A DNA stretch of 64,000 nt from a bacterium (lineage in GTDB: Bacteria; UBA8248). The position numbers and the translations under genes are program-made. This document shows positions 1 to 9,599 of this stretch, in pieces. How positions within the stretch are numbered: the first letter of the stretch is position 1; the number at the start of each line of letters is the position of its first letter. The stretch spans positions 352,001 through 416,000 of the forward strand of contig CBDBEV010000001.1 of NCBI GenBank assembly GCA_965204535.1, in the 5' to 3' direction. The notes below the pieces were generated by a model. That model had not been told where the DNA came from. It saw nothing but the letters and a program-made list of their open reading frames with translations, and did no database searches.

Positions 1-1
1 G

Positions 2-1279
2 GTGCGCGCTCACCATCCAGCCCCGCATGGCGGGCGCGCCCCGCCCGCGTCCTGCCTCCACCAGGGCGATGGTCTCGCGCTCCGCCGCCGCGGCCATCTC
101 CGTCGTGAGCATGTCCCTGTTTCCCGGCAAATCCGCCGCGTGCAGGACGCCGGTTTTTTCGAGTCTCGCCACCTCGCGCTCCGCACCCGCCATCGACACG
201 GCGCCGGGCCGCCAGGCGAGCGCGCCCGCGAGCAGGGCGGCGCGGTCGAAGACGGCCTCCCGCTCCGCCAGGTGCGCCACGGCCCATTCCACGGCCTCGC
301 GGGCGGGTTCGACGACAGCAGCACTTCGGCCGGCGTCGCGGGATACGGCGCTCCTCGCCTTCGCCCGGTCCTTGAGGCCGGCGGCGTCGAAGCCGAGATC
401 GGCGGCCTGCTTCTCCCATACGGCCATGAGGGTCCCCTTGTCGGCCTCCCGCTTGGGGTCCCGCGTCATGAGCGTGACCCGCTGGGCGGCGCGCTGGTTC
501 TCCGCCGTCGTGCCAAGGCCCCGCTCTTCCATCGCGGCCTCGATCTCGGCGCGCCTGCTCGAGAACGCCTCGATCACCTCTCTCGATACGCCCGCGATCT
601 CGAAGCGCCCGTCGGCGTGGGTCTTCTCGACCCGGTAGCCGAACCCTTCGAGGCCGCGGGCGAGTTCGGCCCGGTAGAAGGCGCCGATCAGCATCTTGTT
701 CGCATAGAGCTTCTCATTCGACATGGTGCGCCATTTATCGTCGGCGCCACGGACCATGTTGGCGATGACCGCGTGCGTGTGGAGCAGGGGGTCGAGGTTG
801 CGCGACGTGTCGTGCCGGAAGGTCGCGACCACGCTCTTCTGGTCCCCTGCGCGGACCATCTGTCCGGTCGCAGGGTCGCTCATCCTGGTCTCGGCGACGT
901 TTCGCTCGACCCAGGCCAGGGTGCGCGCCACGGCCACCTCGTGGGCCCAGATCGCGCGCGCATCGCCGCCGACGTAGGCGAGCAGGGAGACGGACTTGGG
1001 CGCCGAGAGGGTGAGGTCGCGTCCCGGGCGGTGGTGGAACGACCCGTCCTTGCCCGGGCGCCCGAGCCTGCGGCCCGAACCGTCCGGCACATGGCCTTCG
1101 AGCACCGCGCGGAGGGTATCGGGGTTGACCGGACCCGATAATCCCAGGTCCTCGGCGCCCCTGCCGCGCCAGGCGCTCGCCGACCGGTGGTTCGGGTCGT
1201 CCTTCGCGTAGTAGTCGTCGCGCTCGAAGTAGGACGCGCACTGCGCGGGGGAGACTACGGCGCCTATCGACGCGACCAT
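2..1279 (-). CDS. MOBF/TrwC-family conjugative relaxase (N-terminal part; continues beyond left edge)
   Basis: Manual translation from ATG 1279 (RBS GAGGAG upstream): MVASIGAVVSPAQCASYFERDDYYAKDD...DLTLSAPKSVSLLA...FRHDTSRNLDPLLHTHAVIANM...FSSRRAEIEA. Shows MOBF tyrosines, the HUH motif and the SAPKSVS motif. Absent from the ORF track because there is no in-window stop. Confidence 0.93.
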   Translation of the reverse strand, partial: MVASIGAVVSPAQCASYFERDDYYAKDDPNHRSASAWRGRGAEDLGLSGPVNPDTLRAVLEGHVPDGSGRRLGRPGKDGSFHHRPGRDLTLSAPKSVSLLAYVGGDARAIWAHEVAVARTLAWVERNVAETRMSDPATGQMVRAGDQKSVVATFRHDTSRNLDPLLHTHAVIANMVRGADDKWRTMSNEKLYANKMLIGAFYRAELARGLEGFGYRVEKTHADGRFEIAGVSREVIEAFSSRRAEIEAAMEERGLGTTAENQRAAQRVTLMTRDPKREADKGTLMAVWEKQAADLGFDAAGLKDRAKARSAVSRDAGRSAAVVEPAREAVEWAVAHLAEREAVFDRAALLAGALAWRPGAVSMAGAEREVARLEKTGVLHAADLPGNRDMLTTEMAAAAERETIALVEAGRGRGAPAMRGWMVSAH

Positions 1280-1741
1280 ATCAGCAGCTCCTCGGGCGGT
1301 TGACTTGCGGACCCGCCTGTCCGGGCGCTTCTGTTTCCACGCCTTCTCCCGCCTCGCCGCTCACGCGGCGGCGCTCCCGTGCGACCTGATCGTTCGCGCC
1401 GTTCCCGTTCATATGCGTCTCTCCTTCGCGTTCGAACCTTTCGCCCCGATCGATCCTCCGGCGTCATGCGGGCGGGGGCGTCCATCGCCCGCATGCAGAG
1501 CGTAAATAAAGCAAAAACAACTCGTCTGCAAGAGTTTTCGATAGCGTATTTCCAACGCCCGCGCGCCATGCGCGGTCACGCATGCGACCGGCTGCGCAGG
1601 AGTGCGATATTTTTTTTCGGCCGGGCCCCGCCCTGCGCCGGCGAGAGGCCGAGCCGGGCCAGGAGGCGGGCGCGGGAGCCGGGGCCGGAGAGGCCGGGCG
1701 GCGCCCGCGACCCCTTCACCCGCAATCCCGGAGGCACGGCC

Positions 1742-2083
1742 ATGACGAAGAACAATCCATCGTGCGGCGCGAGGCTCCTCGTGCTGGCGGGACCCGCTCT
1801 GGCGCTCCTCGCCACAATCCTCTCTCTCGCGGCCGGTAGCGGCCTCCGCCCGTTGGGATTCATCTGGGCCTGCGCGGTTCTCTGGAGCCTCCTCACGGCT
1901 CTCTCCTGCGTCCTGTGGCGGGGGTTCCGCCACGGGGACTGGACGGCCTTTCATCGCTACGAACTGCCCGACGGGAAAGAAGAGGACTTCGAGTGGTCCG
2001 CCCGGACGGGACGCTACGCCTGGCGCCGCGATGCCGAGGAGGAGGAACTGTTCGGCCAGGACCCGGACGCACACTTCCCGTAG
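1742..2083 (+). CDS. Small membrane protein (2 predicted TM helices, acidic C-terminus)
   Basis: ATG 1742 after GGAGG; hydrophobic stretches LLVLAGPALALLATILSLAAG and LGFIWACAVLWSLLTALSCVLW. Confidence 0.6.
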   Translation: MTKNNPSCGARLLVLAGPALALLATILSLAAGSGLRPLGFIWACAVLWSLLTALSCVLWRGFRHGDWTAFHRYELPDGKEEDFEWSARTGRYAWRRDAEEEELFGQDPDAHFP

Positions 2084-2254
2084 AAGGCCCCGGGCCGAAC
2101 GAAGACCACCCTGAACAACCGGACCGCCATCTTTCCCGCCGGCGGCGGCTCTGCGCCCCCGGGAGGCGGAGTCCGGCCGGGAGGGGGCGTCGGCGGGGCG
2201 TCCGGGAGAGGACGTTCTTCGCCGCCATCATCCACCCACCCAAGGAGGCGCGCG

Positions 2255-2551
2255 ATGCGAAAACCCGGACCCGAAGCGGACACCTTCCTCACCCATCTCT
2301 TCACCCGCGGCCTGGCGGATGAGCGCTACGAAGTGAAACGCTACAAGTCCGCCGATGGCGACATCAGGCCCGTGCCCGACAGGGAGAGCGGGAGGCGCAA
2401 GAAGAAGAGAGCGACGGCCTCGCGGAAAGCCGTACGCGAGATGCGTCCCGCGCGCGACGAACTCATCGTCTGCACGGGGCTCCGCGTCCCCGGCAGCGGG
2501 CTGCAGCTCTGGGGCGAGCACCTCGTCTGGGCACGGATGCTGTGCCGGTGA
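2255..2551 (+). CDS. Hypothetical protein
   Basis: AAGGAGG RBS upstream of ATG; co-oriented with neighbours. Confidence 0.45.
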   Translation: MRKPGPEADTFLTHLFTRGLADERYEVKRYKSADGDIRPVPDRESGRRKKKRATASRKAVREMRPARDELIVCTGLRVPGSGLQLWGEHLVWARMLCR

Positions 2552-2642
2552 GGAAGTCCCCCCCGGGAGGACTTCCGCCCGCAAGACGTCTCGCCGGCCC
2601 GGCGCCGTCTGTACGACTTCTCCAACGCATGAGGAAAATCCC

Positions 2643-3452
2643 ATGCCTCACAAGAACCCGGAAAGACGACGCGCTTATGAGCGCGAGCGCCACCGCAAAC
2701 GCACCGCCGACCGACTCGCGCGGGGCATGTGTCCCCGGTGCGGAAAGATTCCTCCTGCGCCCGGGCGCAGTCTGTGCGAGCCCTGCCTCGAGAGGGACCG
2801 GGAGACCCGACGCGCCCGATACGCCGAAGCCCGAGCGGGGGGAGCCCCATATGGCGGACGCGACCCCGAGAGCCGCCGCCGCATGGCGCGCGAGAGGGCG
2901 AGGAAGCGCAGGCGCGAGCGGGTGGAGGCCGGCTTGTGCCCGCGCTGCGGACGCGAGCCCGTCGAGGCTGGCGCCGTCTGCGAACCCTGCCGGGAATCGC
3001 GGCGGGCGGTGGAGAGGAAACTCTACGCCGAAAGACGCGCCGGGGGGCGATGCGGTCGGTGCGGTGCGGAAGTCGTCGATGAGGCTTCGACGTGCGCTTC
3101 GTGCGCCGCAAGGGACGTAAAGCGCCGTCCGCGCAAGAACACCGCCAGCAGGAAGCGCTATCACGACAGGCGGGCACGGTCGCTTTGCGTCGACTGCGGC
3201 GCCCATGCGGACGCAGGGGTGAGATGTACTCCCTGCGCGCGCCGATCGTATCACTCATCGGGAGAGCACAAGGGGATGCCCGTCTATCCGCCGCGCTTCA
3301 CCGTGGTCGAACTAGCCACGGGCGAGGAGCACGGCCCCCTCGACTCCTGGGAGGAGGTCGCCATGTGCCTCGCCTTCGCCAAGCTCTCTCGGGATCAGGT
3401 CGAGGTCGTGGTGGATGAGCCCATCATGTCCAGCCTTGCTGCCTGGGAGTGA
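2643..3452 (+). CDS. Arg-rich protein with four CxxC-Xn-CxxC putative zinc fingers
   Basis: ATG 2643 after GAGGA; CPRC/CEPC, CPRC/CEPC, CGRC/CASC and CVDC/CTPC pairs separated by basic helices. Confidence 0.75.
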   Translation: MPHKNPERRRAYERERHRKRTADRLARGMCPRCGKIPPAPGRSLCEPCLERDRETRRARYAEARAGGAPYGGRDPESRRRMARERARKRRRERVEAGLCPRCGREPVEAGAVCEPCRESRRAVERKLYAERRAGGRCGRCGAEVVDEASTCASCAARDVKRRPRKNTASRKRYHDRRARSLCVDCGAHADAGVRCTPCARRSYHSSGEHKGMPVYPPRFTVVELATGEEHGPLDSWEEVAMCLAFAKLSRDQVEVVVDEPIMSSLAAWE

Positions 3453-4213
3453 GTCTCGGCGGCCGCGCCTGCACGTGCCGCCGGCCTGTATACGTCTGGC
3501 GGGGGGGCGGCGCAGGAATAGCGTCGCCCTGCTGCGCAGCCGGCCTGCCGCCGGGGGGTCGCCGCCCAGCCTCGCCGCCGCCGCCCGTCGGATACGTATC
3601 GCCGTCCCGAAACCCTCCGGGTTCCTTCTCGCCCTCGCCGGAAGCGGGGGGAAGGCCACCCCGCTGTGCCGCCAACCGGACCCGGGCGCGCCGCGCAGGA
3701 CGGCGGGCGGGGGGTCTGGCCGCGAGTCCGGATACGACCACACGGGGCGGGCGCAACCCGGCAGAGCAGTCCCGCCATCGGTGACGAAGGCGCCGAGCAC
3801 AATCCCGACCCGCCAGGCGGCGCGGAGCTAACCCGGCAACCCTGCCCCGGCAGCATCAACGCCGACACCCCGGTCTGCGGCGCGAGATCACCGACGATAA
3901 ACCTCACCGGCGGTGACAGGAACGTCGCCGCCCCGAATCCCACCCCACTCGATACGTCTCCGTTCGCCCATCCCTCATCTCATCCGAACCCCGTACCGCG
4001 CGCCGGCCCAGGTGGGCTTTCGCTTCCGTCTCTCTCCGGAGCTACCCGGTCGGGACGGAGGCCGCTCACGCTCCGTGGGCGGTCCTCACCGGACGTGAAC
4101 CTTCCCGGGGGAGAGGTGGAGGGAAGCGGGGAGCCGGGCAAAGGCCCGGCAGGGGAGAGGGAGACGGTCTCCCGCTCCCGCCGCCGGGGACAACCCCGAC
4201 AGGAGGCTTGGCC

Positions 4214-4345
4214 ATGTACGAGAACGACTTCGACGTCGATGTTCCCACCACGGACGAACTGCTCGCAGAACTCGGACTCGACGCGTACACGATCCGCAAG
4301 ATCCGCGACGAGGCGGGGGGCGAGGAGGAGTTCAGGAGGGAATAG
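4214..4345 (+). CDS. Small acidic protein (43 aa)
   Basis: AGGAGG RBS then MYENDFDVDVPTTDELLAELGLDAYTIRKIRDEAGGEEEFRRE*; directly upstream of ssb. Confidence 0.5.
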   Translation: MYENDFDVDVPTTDELLAELGLDAYTIRKIRDEAGGEEEFRRE

Positions 4346-4421
4346 GGCAGATCGGGGGATCGGGGAGAGAGGCTTCCCGGCCCCTTCCACTTCATCACTC
4401 ACACCACGAAGGAGAATCACC

Positions 4422-4868
4422 ATGGCATTCGGACTCAACAGAGCGGAACTGATCGGGCGTCTCGGCGCCGACGTCACCGTCAACCACCTCGCGAGCGGCG
4501 GGCGCGTCGCGAACCTCTCGATCGCCACCGACGAGGGCTACGTCGACAAGCAGTCCGGCGAGCGGGTGGACAAGACCGAGTGGCACCGGGTCGTGACCTT
4601 CCAGCCCGGCCTGGTGGATATGTTCGAGAAGCACGCGAAGAAGGGCCGCCTGATCTACGTCGCGGGCAAGCTGCAGACCAGGCGCTGGAAGAAGGACGGG
4701 GAAGACTCGGACCGGTTCTCGACCGAGATCCTCATCGCGCCGGGCGGGCGCGTGCAGTTCCTCGACAAGGTGAACGGGAACGGCAATGGCAACGGCAACG
4801 GCGCGCACGCCGAGACGGCGGACGTGGCGGTGCCCGCCGGCGTTGTGGGCGAAGAAATTCCATTTTGA
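4422..4868 (+). CDS. ssb: Single-stranded DNA-binding protein (element-borne)
   Basis: LNRAELIGRLGAD...IATDE...TEWHRVV...YVAGKLQTRRW, acidic tail EEIPF; AAGGAG RBS. Confidence 0.95.
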   Translation: MAFGLNRAELIGRLGADVTVNHLASGGRVANLSIATDEGYVDKQSGERVDKTEWHRVVTFQPGLVDMFEKHAKKGRLIYVAGKLQTRRWKKDGEDSDRFSTEILIAPGGRVQFLDKVNGNGNGNGNGAHAETADVAVPAGVVGEEIPF

Positions 4869-4875
4869 GCGCTTC

Positions 4876-4906
4876 AAGGGGCTGGCGCTTCGGCGTCAGC
4901 CCTTTT
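4876..4906 (+). terminator. Intrinsic terminator after ssb
   Basis: AAGGGGCTGGCGC-TTCG-GCGTCAGCCCTTTT hairpin with T tail. Confidence 0.8.
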
Positions 4907-5207
4907 CTTATGCTCCTTATCCAGAGGAAGTCCGCCCTGCCTGCTCTCTCGTCTACCGGGAACACCCGGTAAATCCTCCGGTTCCGTGAACGATGAACCG
5001 TGTTCCCGGAAAACCGGCATGCACCTGCACTCATTCCATGTTCTGGATAGTGGCTCAGTCCACCCCCCGCTGCGGGAATTTCGGGCCGGAAAAAGACGGC
5101 CCGAAATGACCCTTTCCGCAGCATGAGAGATTGTTTCCCGATGAGCTTCGCCTTCATCGTGAAACACCAAAGGCTCTTGTGTCCCGGTGGCGGTACTACC
5201 CTCTCTC

Positions 5208-5398
5208 TCTTAGCGCTCCCATTTTAGCACGCACGGCGCGGGGTCAAGGGTGCTTTTGCAAAATACGCAAAAGCATCTTTTTTCAGAAAAAATCGGTGAA
5301 GCGTGGATTTTTTCCGCTACGCGCCCTCCGGGTGAAAAAAGACTGAAAACCGCCCCTGACGCCCACGCCTACCACGTGCTGAAAATGGGGCGCTAAGA
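5208..5398 (+). promoter_or_regulatory. Long imperfect inverted repeat; candidate Frpo/ssi-like single-strand promoter
   Basis: 5208-5231 TCTTAGCGCTCCCATTTTAGCACG pairs with 5375-5398 CGTGCTGAAAATGGGGCGCTAAGA; inner arms ~5236-5258 and ~5343-5367 also pair. Confidence 0.55.
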
Positions 5399-5433
5399 AG
5401 CGCATCCGTTAACTCTCTGGAAAGGAGAAAGGC

Positions 5434-5808
5434 ATGGAAACCACCGTGGTGAACCTGAACGACTATGTTGCGCCTCAATTCGGCGGCGGATTGCTGGTCA
5501 GGATCGACCGCAGGACCAAGTGGGGAAACCCCTTCCGTATCGGCCAGGACGGCGAGCGCGACGAGGTCATCGAGAAATACCGGCGATGGCTGTGGGAAAA
5601 AATCCGGCGCGAAGAGCAGGACCTCTACGAACTCGCCGACCTGCAAGGCTGCGAACTCGGCTGCCACTGCCATCCCCTCCCGTGCCACGGCGACGTACTC
5701 GCGCGCGCCGCCGAGTGGGCCGCCGGGTATCTCGACGAGATGCCGAAAGAAGTGGGGCGCAACGAGCGTGGCTACGCTCTTCCCGAATTCAACCATCCCC
5801 TCGCTTGA
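5434..5808 (+). CDS. DUF4326 domain protein
   Basis: IDRRTKWGNPF...IEKYRRWL...LGCHCHPLPCHGDVL motifs; AAGGAG RBS. Confidence 0.85.
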   Translation: METTVVNLNDYVAPQFGGGLLVRIDRRTKWGNPFRIGQDGERDEVIEKYRRWLWEKIRREEQDLYELADLQGCELGCHCHPLPCHGDVLARAAEWAAGYLDEMPKEVGRNERGYALPEFNHPLA

Positions 5809-5829
5809 GGACAACCAAAGGAGTGAACG

Positions 5830-6789
5830 ATGACTGCCACCGCGACACACGACCACAAGGAGAGCATCATGCACGAGGTTGACAACATCGAAGCGCAGAA
5901 CGAATCCTTCACCGCCATGGTCTGCGAACAGGCCGCCCTCTTCGGCGCGACCCCCGGACCGGACGAGTTCGACAACCGCCCCGTGTGGGGCGAAGCGGAG
6001 TCCACCGCCGCCGTCCTCAAGGCATTCCACCTGCTCGCCGAGGCCGCGCCCGACGGCACGCAACTGGCCGACGAGCGGGCGAGTCTCCTCTGGGGCTTCG
6101 TCAACACCCTGGACGCACAGACCCAGCGCCTCGACCGCGCCGCCGACAAGCTCATCCCCGGCATCCGTGAACTCCAGCGCGAGCAGGACGGCTCCGAGAT
6201 CAGGTCCCGCGAACTCGAACTCGCGACCGACCGGGCCGAGAATCTCACCGCCCGCCGCGACGCCTTCGAAGGACTGCGCGACACGGCCGCCGAGGCCTAC
6301 CGCGTCGAGACCGGCGAGGTATGGCGGCCCAGGCGAGGCTCGCACGTCAGCCAGACCGGCAAGCTCACATCGGCGGTCATCGAGGCGCGTGACTTCCAGC
6401 GCGCGAAAAAGGACCGCGAGAACACGGCCCACCTCCCCCAGGGAACCCTCGTCGCCGTCGCGGGCGGCAAGGAAGCCACCGACGCGGGCAAAATCATCGG
6501 CCAGCTCGACAAGCTGAAAGCCAAGTACGCCGACGTCGTCCTCGTCCACGGCGGCGGCCCCGGCGCCGAGAAGGTCGCGGCGGGCTGGGCCGAGCGGAAC
6601 GGCGTCCACCAGATCGTCTGCAAGCCCGACTGGGACGCCCACGGCAGGGCCGCTCCCTTCAGGCGCAACGACGAACTGCTCTCCCTCCTCCCCAAGGGCG
6701 TGATCGCGTTCCCGGGTTCGGGCATCACCGACAACCTCGTCGACAAGGCTCGAAGCCTCGGCATCCCCGTGCAACGCGTGGCCGCCTGA
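5830..6789 (+). CDS. DUF2493 / YspA-SLOG family protein of conjugative elements
   Basis: C-terminal SLOG motifs VAVAGG, VLVHGGGPGAE, AAPFRRND, IAFPGSGIT; N-terminal helical domain. Confidence 0.85.
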   Translation: MTATATHDHKESIMHEVDNIEAQNESFTAMVCEQAALFGATPGPDEFDNRPVWGEAESTAAVLKAFHLLAEAAPDGTQLADERASLLWGFVNTLDAQTQRLDRAADKLIPGIRELQREQDGSEIRSRELELATDRAENLTARRDAFEGLRDTAAEAYRVETGEVWRPRRGSHVSQTGKLTSAVIEARDFQRAKKDRENTAHLPQGTLVAVAGGKEATDAGKIIGQLDKLKAKYADVVLVHGGGPGAEKVAAGWAERNGVHQIVCKPDWDAHGRAAPFRRNDELLSLLPKGVIAFPGSGITDNLVDKARSLGIPVQRVAA

Positions 6790-6821
6790 TGTGAACACTC
6801 CTCGGGTCGCGTCGCCACGGC

Positions 6822-8605
6822 GGAGACTGTGAGAGTATTGGATTTCACAGTCTCCGGAACAGGGCTCGCTTACGCTTGCAGCCCGATGGCCGGACACTGT
6901 CTTCAACTTCGGGAGCAACAACACCGCAGAGCCGGGAGAGAAACGTCTCGGCGGCCGGTCAGCTCGGGGTCGCGGTCAAGTCCTCGAAGAATCGGCTTCA
7001 AGTTCACACGCCATTCGTCCCCAACCGCTGTTTTTGCAGACAATGCTCCACAAATGCAGCTCCGCCCAGCACACGCATGACCCGCTTGAAGTTGTAACCC
7101 AGCGTCATCAGGCTGAATTCGCCGCGGCATTTGCCGAGTCCGCGCATCACAAAATGATCCATCCCCGCCCAGCGCTTGATCGTACCGAATGGATGTTCGA
7201 CGAGTGTGCTTCGCCCGCGCATCAATGGCACACGGGCGTTCATCTTCTTGCGATGCCGGTCCACCACGTCCTCATGCTCCCAGCGTTGTATCCTGCGCGT
7301 CGATCTCGACTTTGTCAGGCATCGGCCCGACAACGAACAGTCCCGGCAAACCGCCGCCGTCCCGCGATAAAAGTAATACAGCCTGCCCCTGACGGTGGTC
7401 GTGCCGCCTCGAACCAGACGCTCTCCGGCCGGACAGACATACGTGTCATCCTGCGCATCGTAACGGAATTCATCGCTGCCGAATCGTCCGTCCTTGCCCT
7501 TGCGGGCCGTCTGGTTCGGTATCGGAACATACACCTCCATTCCCTTGTCTTCGCAACTCTTCAACTGTGCGCCGTTGAAGTAGCCCGAATCCGCCAGGCC
7601 GACCAGGCGTTCGCTGCCCATGGCTTCGCCGGCTTTCGTCATCATCGGCTCCAACTGAGCGGAGTCATTGCCGTCCTGCACCACATCCTCCGCGACAATC
7701 AGCTTGTGCTTGTCGTCCACCGCGATCTGGCAGTTGTATCCGCCCACCATTATATCGCCGTTCCTCAGAAGTCGAGCATCTGCATCGACCCCCGATACCT
7801 GACGCTCTCCGCTTTCCTGCAAATGCTCTTGCAGTGCCTTCTTCTTTTGTTGCCTCTCGATCAAGGCCTTGAGCTTCACCGGCAGGTCCGGATCCTCCGA
7901 ACCGTCCCCACACTCCTCCCCGCGCGCATCCGCCTCGTCCAACTGCCGGTGATACGCCGCAATCCTCTTCTCCAAACGCCTCAGGTCCCTTGCCAGGGAC
8001 CGCTTGGTTTGGAAGCTGTCCAGGTTCGCATCGGCCTTCAAAAAAGTCCCGTCGACCGCCACCCGGCTGCCGCCCAGCAGCGAGAGTTCGCGGCACAGCA
8101 GCACGAACTCCCGGTTGGCCTCCTGCAGCGCAGCCACATTGTTCTTGCGAAAATCCGCAATCGTCTTGTAGCTCGGCGTCGCACCCTGGCACAGCCAGAT
8201 CACTTCCAGATTGCGCCGCGTCTCCGCTTCGAGACGGCGCGAACTCCGTACCCGGTGCTGGTAGCCGTACAGATACAGCTTCAGCAGCAGCGCCGGGTCG
8301 AAAGCCGGCTGACCGGCGCCGCAGTTCGCTTCGGCATGCGCGAACCCCAGCGCCTCCAGGTCCAGCGTGCCGACGAACGCATCGATCGCGCGCACCGCAT
8401 TGTGCTCGGACACGTAGTCGTCCAGACACGGCGGAAGCAGCATCATCTGGCTTCGGGACTGCACCTCCTGATAACGTCTCTCGGACATGGTGGTGACCCT
8501 TTATGTGGTTATCTCACTCACCGGTAAAGATAGCATGTACAGACAACCCGGGCATCGCTCGCCAGCGTCACCCACCAGAATCGTGGGAATACTTTCACAG
8601 TCTCC
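6822..8605 (-). mobile_element. IS1182-family insertion sequence
   Basis: Terminal IRs GGAGACTGTGAGAGTATT (6822-6839) and AATACTTTCACAGTCTCC (8588-8605), 17/18 match, enclosing the transposase. Confidence 0.88.
7004..8488 (-). CDS. IS1182-family DDE transposase
   Basis: LLKLYLYGY..RVRSSRRLE, PSYKTIADFRK, VAVDGT, GYNCQIAVD, LADSGY, VEHPFGTIKRW. Confidence 0.93.
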   Translation of the reverse strand: MSERRYQEVQSRSQMMLLPPCLDDYVSEHNAVRAIDAFVGTLDLEALGFAHAEANCGAGQPAFDPALLLKLYLYGYQHRVRSSRRLEAETRRNLEVIWLCQGATPSYKTIADFRKNNVAALQEANREFVLLCRELSLLGGSRVAVDGTFLKADANLDSFQTKRSLARDLRRLEKRIAAYHRQLDEADARGEECGDGSEDPDLPVKLKALIERQQKKKALQEHLQESGERQVSGVDADARLLRNGDIMVGGYNCQIAVDDKHKLIVAEDVVQDGNDSAQLEPMMTKAGEAMGSERLVGLADSGYFNGAQLKSCEDKGMEVYVPIPNQTARKGKDGRFGSDEFRYDAQDDTYVCPAGERLVRGGTTTVRGRLYYFYRGTAAVCRDCSLSGRCLTKSRSTRRIQRWEHEDVVDRHRKKMNARVPLMRGRSTLVEHPFGTIKRWAGMDHFVMRGLGKCRGEFSLMTLGYNFKRVMRVLGGAAFVEHCLQKQRLGTNGV

Positions 8606-8972
8606 ACCCCGGCGGCGCGGCCCGTCGCTTCCCGTGTCGTTCGTCTGCTTGTGATGAAAAGCGCAAGTTGCAGCGCCCCGTGCGTCCGCCGCTTGTGAAT
8701 CCAGGCACAAGATTCAGCACCCCCACACCCTTTTGCCCCTCGCTCTGTCCGCTCAATCGCCGCGGCGGCTCCCGCTCGCCATTCTCTCCGGCGAAAATTC
8801 CCCTGTCGTTCGTTCCCAGGAATCCGCCGCTAGCCGCCCTTAGGCGCTTCGGGTTGTACACCGGACGCATCGCTGATGCACTTATTGCGAAAGCTGCGAA
8901 TGACCACGACCCCCTGCGCCCTGCTTTTATGGTTCATCCCCCAGCGGGCTTCTGTCGTGCCGAAACAAGCAA

Positions 8973-9127
8973 TACCAATATGGTGTCACGTTATCTCTTT
9001 GAAATCCCTGCACTTAAAAGATGGCGCATGTCATATGCAATCCGGCGTAATGCGGAGATTTCCGGCGGGATACCAGATTGGTAGTACTTGGACGCGTGCT
9101 GCGTTATGATGGCTACCAATATGGTAG
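8973..9127. promoter_or_regulatory. Three TACCA-N3-TGGT(A) palindromic operator-like sites
   Basis: TACCAATATGGTG 8973-8985, TACCAGATTGGTA 9071-9083, CTACCAATATGGTAG 9113-9127. Confidence 0.55.
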
Positions 9128-9257
9128 TTCATGAAACGGCGTCACGGGCATCGTTTTTGGGCCCGAGGCGGGTGTGTTTGGCGCAAGAAATGAGAATTTT
9201 GCGGTCGCTTTGCGACCGGAACGGATGAAAATCTTCACGACAGGAGCGGCGAAACGG

Positions 9258-9581
9258 ATGGTTCAGACGATACAGAAGAATATCAGAGTCACGCCCGAAC
9301 AGTGGAAACGTATCGAAAATGAGGCCGGAAAACGCGAAATGTCGCCCAACCGACTCGTGGTAGAGTTCGTTATGGAAGCCCTGGGGCGCCACGAATGGCC
9401 CCGCACGGAGGCGGAAATCCACTTGTTGCGCTCTGCGATGTTCGTCGCACAGGCCATCATTCGCGACATGGAGAGGGACGGGCGAGAGGAAGAAATCGAA
9501 CAAATCAGCAGAAATATCTCAGAAGTCGCTCCGGAATTGCCGATGAAACCGGTGGAGGATAAGCGGGATATGGCGGATTAG
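9258..9581 (+). CDS. Ribbon-helix-helix-like DNA-binding protein (possible relaxosome accessory protein)
   Basis: N-terminal beta-strand then two helices: IQKNIRVTPEQWKRIENEAGKREMSPNRLVVEFVMEAL; AGGAG upstream. Confidence 0.65.
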   Translation: MVQTIQKNIRVTPEQWKRIENEAGKREMSPNRLVVEFVMEALGRHEWPRTEAEIHLLRSAMFVAQAIIRDMERDGREEEIEQISRNISEVAPELPMKPVEDKRDMAD

Positions 9582-9599
9582 GGGAGCTAGAAGGCGTGA

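Noticed and set aside
2-1141. Long plus-strand ORF (379 aa) and other long antisense ORFs (e.g. 5317-6924, 7034-8527, 28228-30102, 53556-55244)
   Set aside because: Shadow ORFs opposite clear genes in high-GC DNA; no motifs.
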